A stretch of 64,000 bases of DNA, taken from the NCBI GenBank assembly GCA_030431775.1, contig JAUIHW010000001.1, positions 3,246 to 67,245 of the forward strand. The letters are read 5' to 3'. This document shows, piece by piece, positions 21,602 through 28,985 of this stretch. Within the stretch, counting starts at the first letter, position 1. Each line of letters opens with the position of its first letter. This stretch comes from Gammaproteobacteria bacterium. GTDB taxonomy: Bacteria; Pseudomonadota; Gammaproteobacteria; Pseudomonadales; JAUIET01. The notes under the pieces were generated by a model. It worked only from the letters and a program-made list of their open reading frames with translations. It was not told where the DNA came from and searched no databases. A program made the position numbers and the translations under genes.

Positions 21602-21642
21602 ACCGCCTTCTTTTTTGGCGCTCATAGTTGACGCTTCGCTGC

Positions 21643-21718
21643 GTCCCCTTCGTCTAGTGGCCTAGGACACCGCCCTTTCACGGCGGTAACAGGGGTTCGA
21701 ACCCCCTAGGGGACGCCA
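21643..21718 (+). tRNA. tRNA-Glu (anticodon TTC)
   Basis: GTCCCCT/AGGGGAC acceptor stem, anticodon arm CCGCC-CTTTCAC-GGCGG, GGTTCGAA T-loop and encoded CCA; 76 nt. Confidence 0.97.
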
Positions 21719-21726
21719 TTTCTCTT

Positions 21727-21812
21727 CTTTTCCGGGGAAAATCTTTTCCGGGGACAGTTTACCTAACTCCAGCCCTTGGGGCTTTTCCGGGGACAGTATA
21801 CCTAACTCCAGC
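21727..21812 (+). repeat. Tandem copies of the RAYT-element end sequence
   Basis: CTTTTCCGGGG (21727-21737), then CTTTTCCGGGGACAGTTTACCTAACTCCAGC at 21743-21773 and again at 21782-21812 with one mismatch. Confidence 0.9.
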
Positions 21813-21919
21813 GTTCGGCAGTTCGGCCACCAAAGATCTCGTCTTCACGCTCAAGTCAGTTGGCGGCAGAGCACCCTGTGGATGAAATGTAAAACAACCC
21901 GCTTTACAGAACACAGGCG

Positions 21920-23278
21920 CTATTTCAGTCCGAGTTCGGCACACTGTGTGTTTATCCACTTGGCGTAGCCAAGATCGCCCAGCCCCGAAGGTGGATAACA
22001 GGCCGTGATGGGCCAGGTGGGGTTGTTCCGACAGGGCTCGTGGCGATCACAAAAGTAGGAATACACGGCGTTCGCGCCACCACCGTTGTCCTTACCGTTT
22101 GCGCCGGCAGAATAGATCCAGCGGCGATCTTGCGAATAGCCCAATTTCTTTCGGGAAAAGGGGTCTATGGGGAGAGCAGCGATAAAGCCGGGCGTTAGTT
22201 CAGCCAGCGTTTCCGGGAGTGACTGCTGTGATATTCGGTAGCGTTCCAGCACGACCAGAGTCAACACCGCGGATACATTGCTGTTCAGGTAACACCAATC
22301 TTCAACATATCGGGAGTAATGGATGGTTCCGGATAGGTAGCGTTCTCCATAGTCGTTGGGCAGGAGTGGGGCATAAAAGGGACGATTCTCAGCTGCCCGG
22401 GAAGGAACCAAGTCTTTTTTATCATTCGTGCAGGTTGAAAGCGTAGAGCTTCTGAGCGCAACCAGTTCGCGTGCATACCGGCTGAACGTGGTATTGGCAT
22501 GAAATGTGTAGCGGTACCACAGTCGATAGGGCCAGGCTTTGATGCGGGCGTTGCTCATCGATTTTCTTTGTTGTTCAGAAAATTCGTAGGCAAACTTGAA
22601 TTCACCTGCAAAAGTCTCTCTCATTCCGTCCTGCTGTCCTTTTGGTAGCTGCTCAAGCTCCTTCTGCAAGCGCCTTAACTGCCGGTCGTTTAGCAGCCGT
22701 TCACTGGTAAGTTGGTGAATGGCTTGCAGCACATACTCTTTTCCAGTAGCACCTATTTGATAACTCATAAGGGTATGGTTTTGTTCCGATTGGATGCGGT
22801 GCGCAAACTGCAGGCTCGCCTCTAGGCGTGAAACAGCGCGGTTCTGCTCGCCGGACTTGGCCAAGGCCATCGCGCTCATGACAAGCGATTTAAGCATATG
22901 CAATAGCTCGCTGTAGGCAGATTCTTTGGGTGTGAAAGGAAGAGGCAGCTGAAAAGAGTCACTCCTGTTCACTTTCTGCACCACATCGAAATAACGAGAG
23001 TCAATAGCCTGCCTGCTTAGTATTGCGACAGAATCTATTTCACTCGTCGAGAAGCGACCTATCGCCGACCCTGCAGCGTTTTCAAGGTCTTGCGTGAGGT
23101 CCGGCAGTATTGCCAGAACATGGCGGTAGCTGTTCGCTGCATCTGGTATATCGGGAACCTCGGCAAGCAGGCCGGCATCATCCAGCATGGCTTGGTCCCT
23201 GTCACCCAATAACAGAATGGTGCAGGCGAGTAGCATCACGATCAACAAAGGTAAGAAGAGTTTGCGAATTAAACTCAC
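21920..23278 (-). CDS. Membrane-anchored hypothetical protein with a GspG-C-terminus-like tail (putative cargo)
   Basis: N-terminal hydrophobic helix; C-terminal LPETLAEL...PIDPFS...YSAGANGKDNGG resembles a pseudopilin G C-terminal motif; appears more AT-rich than the core genes. Confidence 0.65.
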   Translation of the reverse strand: MSLIRKLFLPLLIVMLLACTILLLGDRDQAMLDDAGLLAEVPDIPDAANSYRHVLAILPDLTQDLENAAGSAIGRFSTSEIDSVAILSRQAIDSRYFDVVQKVNRSDSFQLPLPFTPKESAYSELLHMLKSLVMSAMALAKSGEQNRAVSRLEASLQFAHRIQSEQNHTLMSYQIGATGKEYVLQAIHQLTSERLLNDRQLRRLQKELEQLPKGQQDGMRETFAGEFKFAYEFSEQQRKSMSNARIKAWPYRLWYRYTFHANTTFSRYARELVALRSSTLSTCTNDKKDLVPSRAAENRPFYAPLLPNDYGERYLSGTIHYSRYVEDWCYLNSNVSAVLTLVVLERYRISQQSLPETLAELTPGFIAALPIDPFSRKKLGYSQDRRWIYSAGANGKDNGGGANAVYSYFCDRHEPCRNNPTWPITACYPPSGLGDLGYAKWINTQCAELGLK

Positions 23279-23293
23279 GCTCTAAATTCCGTA

Positions 23294-24061
23294 AATTCCG
23301 GGGACAGTTTACCTAACTCCAGCCCTTGGCCCAGGCTTCTTATGCTTGAGAGTTCTTCCGGTCATATCCTCCAGGTGATCTATGAACCTATCGCCTCCAG
23401 CGGGGCGACCCGTCCTAGAATGTAGCCGAATTCGCTCGGTAAGGTCGCCGTTTTGATCAGAGGCGAGGTATGCGTGCCAGTTGCCAATACGTTTCAACAT
23501 GGGACTTACGCTGACAACGCCATCATCCTGTCGTTCAATATGCGCTCTAGCGCTAGACCACTCCCAATCAGCCGCGGTTAAGCATAAGCCTGCGCGGACT
23601 GGATTCCGCTCTGTGTATCGAACCGTTGCGAGTAAGTAGCTCTCATCCATCACAAATGAATGAAACCGCTCTTGCCACAAATGGCCTCGCCAGTTCATTC
23701 TGAAGTTAATGCGCCTGGTATAGTGACGATGTACGTGGCGAAAAAGCTGTGCCAAGCTCTCCTTGCTTTCCGGGACTACCACCAGATGAACATGGTTTGG
23801 CATAAGGCAATACGCCCAAACCTCTACTCCGACGTCATCTTTGGCATCCCTAAGCAACTCCAGGTAGAACCGATAATCGTCCCTGTTATAAAAGGTTTTC
23901 ATTCTGCGGTTGCCGCGTTGGGTTACATGGTGAGGGTAACCCGGAACAACCAGTCGTGGCATCCTTGCCATGGTAACTCTCCGTGTATTGTAGACAGATT
24001 TTAAGTGATCACTTCCAAGGATAAATCAAGTGGGGTGGTTAGGTAAACTGTCCCCGGAATT
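23294..24061. mobile_element. RAYT/Y1-transposase element with perfect 24-bp terminal inverted repeats
   Basis: AATTCCGGGGACAGTTTACCTAAC (23294-23317) and its reverse complement GTTAGGTAAACTGTCCCCGGAATT (24038-24061) enclose the transposase gene. Confidence 0.8.
23309..23971 (-). CDS. REP-associated tyrosine transposase (RAYT, IS200-like Y1 HUH superfamily)
   Basis: HHVTQRGNRR, AYCLMPNHVHL (HUH), GHLWQERF, catalytic Y in RYTERNPVRAG and WSS; RBS ggagag. Confidence 0.92.
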   Translation of the reverse strand: MARMPRLVVPGYPHHVTQRGNRRMKTFYNRDDYRFYLELLRDAKDDVGVEVWAYCLMPNHVHLVVVPESKESLAQLFRHVHRHYTRRINFRMNWRGHLWQERFHSFVMDESYLLATVRYTERNPVRAGLCLTAADWEWSSARAHIERQDDGVVSVSPMLKRIGNWHAYLASDQNGDLTERIRLHSRTGRPAGGDRFIDHLEDMTGRTLKHKKPGPRAGVR

Positions 24062-24086
24062 GCCCCGGAATTGCACCCCGGAATTG
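24052..24086 (+). repeat. Stuttered CCCCGGAATTG x3 at the outer end of the element
   Basis: ccccggaattg-ccccggaattg-ca-ccccggaattg. Confidence 0.85.
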
Positions 24087-24087
24087 A

Positions 24088-24516
24088 TCACAGGGTTGCG
24101 CGCACTGCGTTCACAGCTAATACAAAAAGGCAGATTGTGCTGAGCAGGAAAAATAGAAAGCGTATCGGGATGGTGTTCACCAGTGACTGCCACAGGCTGT
24201 GCAGAATCCGAAACGCGACGTAGCCCCAGGCCAGCATAACATTGGTGTCAGTGCCCGCGCCTGCCAGAGAGAGAACTGCGATAACTGCATAGAACAGCGT
24301 GGGTTGTTCCATCAGGTGGTTGAAGTTGTGGGCTTTCCAGTTGACCTCTGGAGGCATGGCGCTTTCCACGTCAACGTAGCGACCGCCTGGTGGGGCGGAC
24401 TGCAGGTCAATACCTGCTTTTTTGAAGGCCGGGAAGCGGGTAAACACTACCCAAAGCAGCATAAGCAGTGACCAGAGAATCAGTACGGCGGCGGGCGCCA
24501 ACAGCGATTGAGTCAT
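24088..24516 (-). CDS. MAPEG family membrane protein
   Basis: NFNHLMEQPTLFY and R.LHS motifs, four TM helices. Confidence 0.85.
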   Translation of the reverse strand: MTQSLLAPAAVLILWSLLMLLWVVFTRFPAFKKAGIDLQSAPPGGRYVDVESAMPPEVNWKAHNFNHLMEQPTLFYAVIAVLSLAGAGTDTNVMLAWGYVAFRILHSLWQSLVNTIPIRFLFFLLSTICLFVLAVNAVRATL

Positions 24517-24564
24517 TATTGTTCTCCCAGTGGATCAGGATGCCAAGCATACCAGCAGTAGTCA

Positions 24565-25593
24565 CTATTCGCGCACAATCGATTGGTAAAGTTCGATGTG
24601 CATTTTTGCAGAGACCTTGGGTGAAAAACGTTCAAGCCCGGCCAATGCTGTGTCGGCAAGCTGCGCGCCCAGTTCGGGAGTGGCTGCCAGGCGGGTAATC
24701 GCTGTGAGTAATGCCGGCTCATCGCCAGGGGGTGTGAGCAGGCCGTTGTGCTCGTGTTGAATGATGTCGGGAATGCCTCCAGTATCGCTGGCAACAATGG
24801 GAACACCGGCTTGAATAACATCCAGCAGGCTGGAGCCCAGACCTTCTCGCAATGACGGAAACACAAACAGATCCAATGCAGCCAGATAACTGCCGACGTC
24901 CTGCTGGAAGCCCAGAAATTCAACGTGGGGCAGGTCTGCGCTGCGTTGTAAAAACCACTCACGATCGCTGCCGGTGCCGAGAAAAATAATATGTACGTTG
25001 GGAATGCGTTCTTTTAGCTGCCGGGCAATATTCAGCAGATGAATCTGTCCTTTATCAACGTTCTCCAATGCACCCACGTTGCCAATCAGAAATTTACCCT
25101 GATAACGTTGTTTGATTTCGCTCAAAGTAGTCGGGTTCACTTCCAGGCTGGCATAGCAGCTCGGGATGCGAATGATGCGGTCAGTAAATCCACTGACAGC
25201 CCGCTCGACCGCGCTGGAAATCGCCACTACCTGGCTGGCCCTGGACAGAGTCTGTCGGTTCAGGTAGTGGTCTCCGGGCTTTTTCATGACGCGCCGGGTC
25301 AGCACATAGGGAATACCAAAACGACGATGGGCGAGGTGCGCGAGCCACGCGCCCTTGGCTTCGTGCGCATGAATCAGGTCAATGCCACTGAACCAGCGCT
25401 TGCGCGCAAGCAGCGGGTGTTTTACCGCAACGGTGTTTAACCCGGCTGCCCGAGCCTTTTGCTCCACCGGCAAACCGGCTCGCAGAATGACCCGCTGTTG
25501 CTGCCCCAAGGCGGCGAGTTCGGACATCAACAGCAGTGACTGTCGTTCACCACCGCGAAAACTCTTGGCGACATTGATGTGACAAATGTTCAC
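24565..25593 (-). CDS. Glycosyltransferase family 4
   Basis: FRGGERQ, and FVFPSLREGLGSSLLD...VASDTGGIPDII. Confidence 0.88.
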   Translation of the reverse strand: MNICHINVAKSFRGGERQSLLLMSELAALGQQQRVILRAGLPVEQKARAAGLNTVAVKHPLLARKRWFSGIDLIHAHEAKGAWLAHLAHRRFGIPYVLTRRVMKKPGDHYLNRQTLSRASQVVAISSAVERAVSGFTDRIIRIPSCYASLEVNPTTLSEIKQRYQGKFLIGNVGALENVDKGQIHLLNIARQLKERIPNVHIIFLGTGSDREWFLQRSADLPHVEFLGFQQDVGSYLAALDLFVFPSLREGLGSSLLDVIQAGVPIVASDTGGIPDIIQHEHNGLLTPPGDEPALLTAITRLAATPELGAQLADTALAGLERFSPKVSAKMHIELYQSIVRE

Positions 25594-25645
25594 GTTGTTT
25601 TCTGCTGATTGGCGGGCCGCTGAAGCAGGCTGCGAAAATGGGCAA

Positions 25646-26941
25646 TCAGTCGATATAACGGTTTAGCATTACCGCGATCAGCTTGCTGCGGGCGACCAAC
25701 GACTGCAAGGTGCTGGATTCGCGCGAAGAGTGAGCGCCTTTTCCGTCCAGACCCAGGCTGTCCATGGTAGGCAGCCCGGCGGCCTGCGCAATCGAACCGT
25801 CGGTACCGCCCCCCGCAAACTGAGTGCCGGTAATCGGCTCGCCCAGTAACTGGGACAGGCCCATTGCTTCGCTGATCAGTGCATCCACCGTAGCGTTCTG
25901 TTCTTTAACAGGCCGGTGCAGGCGAGTCCAGACGTCGATCTGAGGTACGCCTGGGTGGCGTGGGTTGGACGTGGTCGCACTGCCGGCAATGCGGCGAATG
26001 CTGCTTTCCAGGTATTGCCCATCTGCAGCAGTGGGGTAACGCATATCGATGTAGGCATCGGCACAACCGGAAATGGTGTTGCGCTTCTCACCTCCTTGCA
26101 TAGTGCCGACATTGACACTGATCTTACGCTCGTAGTCTGTAAGCTGCTCGATGGCAACTACTTTGTGTGCCATTTCCAGATTGGCCGATACACCTTGTTC
26201 GTGTGCACCGCCGGCATGTGATTCCCGACCGGTAATCTTCAAGCGCGCCTGGCCCAGCCCTTTGCGGGCTCGCGTGACCCGATGATTGTGAGAGGACTCG
26301 AATACAAAGCCCAGGTCGTTTTGGCGGGCCAGTTTTTCGATCAACGCACGCGAGCCCAGAGAGCCAATTTCCTCATCGCTGTTGAATAATACTGTCAGGT
26401 TGGCGTTCTCCAGCCGCTGCTCGGCTTCCAGCGCGCGCAGCGCAAACAGCAGGGCCACGATGCCACCTTTCATGTCCGCCACCCCCGGGCCATGCAGAGT
26501 GCCGTCGTCGTGAACCGTGAGGGTCTGGAACTCATCGTCCGGGGAAAACACCGTGTCCATATGGCCATTCAGAAACAGCTTGCGCTTGCTTTTGCCGGAG
26601 CGCTTGCCAAGCAGGTGTTTGGCAAATTGCATTTGCCCACCCTCACAGGTCAGAATGTCGACAGGCTCGCTGTCGTGTTCACTCGTGGTGAAGCCCAAAC
26701 TCTGCAGTTCCCCGGCCAGCAGGGTGCGGTAGGCATCCAGCCCGGGAATGTTGTCGGTGCCGGTATTCATGCCGACGTGTTGCTTAAGCTCGGAAAGCAT
26801 ATCCGCTTCGCGCTGGTCCAGCCAGGCTGCCAAACGCTGCTCCTGGGCTGTCAGCGTGGTGCTGGTGGGCTGCAGTTCGTCGGCCTGCAGCACGGCCGCC
26901 GCCAGCAGGCTGGCAGTAAGCAATAACACTGTTCGAATCAT
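25646..26941 (-). CDS. Secreted M20 metallopeptidase (carboxypeptidase G2-like)
   Basis: Signal peptide; GHMDTV, GPGVADMKGG, SDEEIGS, HAG, GGTDG and AHS motifs. Confidence 0.88.
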   Translation of the reverse strand: MIRTVLLLTASLLAAAVLQADELQPTSTTLTAQEQRLAAWLDQREADMLSELKQHVGMNTGTDNIPGLDAYRTLLAGELQSLGFTTSEHDSEPVDILTCEGGQMQFAKHLLGKRSGKSKRKLFLNGHMDTVFSPDDEFQTLTVHDDGTLHGPGVADMKGGIVALLFALRALEAEQRLENANLTVLFNSDEEIGSLGSRALIEKLARQNDLGFVFESSHNHRVTRARKGLGQARLKITGRESHAGGAHEQGVSANLEMAHKVVAIEQLTDYERKISVNVGTMQGGEKRNTISGCADAYIDMRYPTAADGQYLESSIRRIAGSATTSNPRHPGVPQIDVWTRLHRPVKEQNATVDALISEAMGLSQLLGEPITGTQFAGGGTDGSIAQAAGLPTMDSLGLDGKGAHSSRESSTLQSLVARSKLIAVMLNRYID

Positions 26942-27057
26942 AGGGGTCTCGCAACACTCAGTAGGCAGTGCGCTAGATTACTGGCTGTCCAGGCAAAATG
27001 CCAGCGACTCAAACCGACGGATATGATATAAAAATTCAAAAAAATGATTAGGGGCTG

Positions 27058-28146
27058 ATGCGCATACTGCTGGTAACCACCGATATTGATCATATCGAGC
27101 CTTTACAGTTTATTGGCGCGCAAGATAAGGGTGCCACTGTGGAAGTAATTTGCAGCCCGCGTTGCATTAACCTGGAATTGTTTGAGCAGGCCGCTATACC
27201 GGTACACAAAATGCATATTCATGGCTGGCGAAATCGCGCGGTGGTCGGCCAGCTGAAACAGCACATCGAGCGTTTCCAGCCGGATATTGTGCATGTGCTG
27301 CGCAAACCCGCGCTGCTGCACATCATTCCTGCGCTACGTGGCAGCAAGGCCAAACTGATTGCTTACCGCGGTATTGTCGGGAATCTCAGCTTTCTGGACC
27401 CCAAGTCGCTGCTGAGCTTTCTTCATCCAAGAGTGGACTGCATCGTGTGCGTGGCAGACGCCATTCGACAGCATTTTCTGCGCATGGGTTTTGGTCCTCT
27501 GCGGCTTGATCCGAGCAAACTGGTTACCATTTACAAGGGGCACAGTCTGGCGCGCTATCAGGAGGTGGCGCGCATTGATGTCAGTCAGTTCGGTGTACCG
27601 ATTGGTCCTGCCATCATTGGTTTTTGCGGCGCCATGCGTCCGCGTAAAGGCGTGGATATTTTGGTTGAAGCGTTTGGCCTGATGCAAAACCGCAGCTCGG
27701 TATTGCTATTGGTCGGTGACATCACAGCACCACGGATTACCAAGGCAATACGAAACAGCCCGCGTCAGGATGCGATTTTCTGCGCGGGGCGCGTGTCCCA
27801 GGCCGATGCCTTGGCACTGAATGGCCGCTTTGATGTGACGACCATGCCGTCGCTGAAGCGTGAGGGCCTGCCACGAGCGCTGATTGAGGCAATGGCGCAA
27901 GGCACTCCGGCGGTTGTCAGTAATGTGGGCGGAAGCCCGGAGTTGGTGGAACACGGTGTCAGCGGTCTGGTGGTACCGCCGGGGGACGCGCCTGCGCTGG
28001 CACAGGCGCTCGACCGCATTCTGGAAAAGCACACCTTACAAACCATGGGTGAGGCCGCACGCCAGCGCATTGCCAGCCAATTCAATGTGCGCACAACAGT
28101 TGAGCAGAACTGGGCGCTTTACCAGAGGTTGCTGAGTCATTCCTAA
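27058..28146 (+). CDS. Glycosyltransferase family 4
   Basis: RPRKG, and PSLKREGLPRALIEAMA.G.P.V.SNVGGSPELV. Confidence 0.88.
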   Translation: MRILLVTTDIDHIEPLQFIGAQDKGATVEVICSPRCINLELFEQAAIPVHKMHIHGWRNRAVVGQLKQHIERFQPDIVHVLRKPALLHIIPALRGSKAKLIAYRGIVGNLSFLDPKSLLSFLHPRVDCIVCVADAIRQHFLRMGFGPLRLDPSKLVTIYKGHSLARYQEVARIDVSQFGVPIGPAIIGFCGAMRPRKGVDILVEAFGLMQNRSSVLLLVGDITAPRITKAIRNSPRQDAIFCAGRVSQADALALNGRFDVTTMPSLKREGLPRALIEAMAQGTPAVVSNVGGSPELVEHGVSGLVVPPGDAPALAQALDRILEKHTLQTMGEAARQRIASQFNVRTTVEQNWALYQRLLSHS

Positions 28147-28147
28147 A

Positions 28148-28807
28148 TTGCCCGCTTTGTGTTTGCTGCTCATGCTGCTAAGCGCCTGCGGTGTAGGTGG
28201 CTATCAGTTTAAGGACGTTGCCAAAACTGATACTTCCCTGGTGATGGAAGTGCACCGCAAGCAAACCCGCGAATTATTGCGGACGCTAACCGTCAAACTC
28301 TACAAACGTAACCCCAGAGAGCTGCCTGGTAATCAGCTGGTAAAGGAGCGCCTGAACAGCCTGTTTGCCTCGGCCAGCTATTTGGAATCACGGGAGTGCG
28401 GGCCTGAGATTGAAACTGCATTGATGGAGCGCAGCCTGGCTATCGGCTTTAGAGGTGACCGGGTGTTTTGCTTGATGGCAGGGCTGATAGGCATGTTCAA
28501 CCACAGTTACAATTACAAGCTCGAATTCTACATCACGGACTCGCTGGACGAACAAAAGCTCTACAAGAGCGCACGTAACGTCGAGCGATTGGCCTGGCGC
28601 TTACGCAATAGCAAATCGGAGTCCGGCGAGCCTCTTCTATTGAGCAACAGTACCGAAGCCGGGCATATCAATTTGAGTTTTGAGCGCTTGTTTGGCAAAT
28701 TGATTGCTCACCAGGATGCGCTCGCGGAAATCATGGCGGATAAGAACAAGCGGGCCATTAATTACATGGTTCGCAGCCTGGGTTCGTTTTTCTTCGTTCC
28801 GCTGTAA
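28148..28807 (+). CDS. Conserved hypothetical lipoprotein
   Basis: Lipobox LSAC; KLYKRNP and NLSFERLFGK motifs; start is uncertain. Confidence 0.65.
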   Translation: MPALCLLLMLLSACGVGGYQFKDVAKTDTSLVMEVHRKQTRELLRTLTVKLYKRNPRELPGNQLVKERLNSLFASASYLESRECGPEIETALMERSLAIGFRGDRVFCLMAGLIGMFNHSYNYKLEFYITDSLDEQKLYKSARNVERLAWRLRNSKSESGEPLLLSNSTEAGHINLSFERLFGKLIAHQDALAEIMADKNKRAINYMVRSLGSFFFVPL

Positions 28808-28881
28808 CTCGTACAAGATGCGGCGATGCACCGATGTAAATGTTGTTAGTGCCGCTGGCCTAAGGGTGATTGAAGTTCAAA

Positions 28882-28903
28882 ATACGCACAACTGCGTATG
28901 GGC
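28882..28903. promoter_or_regulatory. Palindromic regulator site ATACGCA-N4-TGCGTAT (copy 1)
   Basis: ATACGCACAACTGCGTATGGGC; near-identical copy at 34571-34592. Confidence 0.7.
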
Positions 28904-28985
28904 ACAAGTGGATTAACTTGGTGTCATTGCTGCTGAACACCACCATCCAGTAGTGGTAACGGAGTCTCAGCCCAGGATTGGAAAC

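Noticed and set aside
21743-21812. Possible mini-CRISPR array
   Set aside because: Only two adjacent 31-bp copies separated by 8 bp, no cas genes, and the repeat equals the 3' end of the rayt gene.
21759-21959. 66-aa ORF ending in PRAGVR like the RAYT
   Set aside because: The similarity comes only from the duplicated DNA repeat, so it is unlikely to be a gene.
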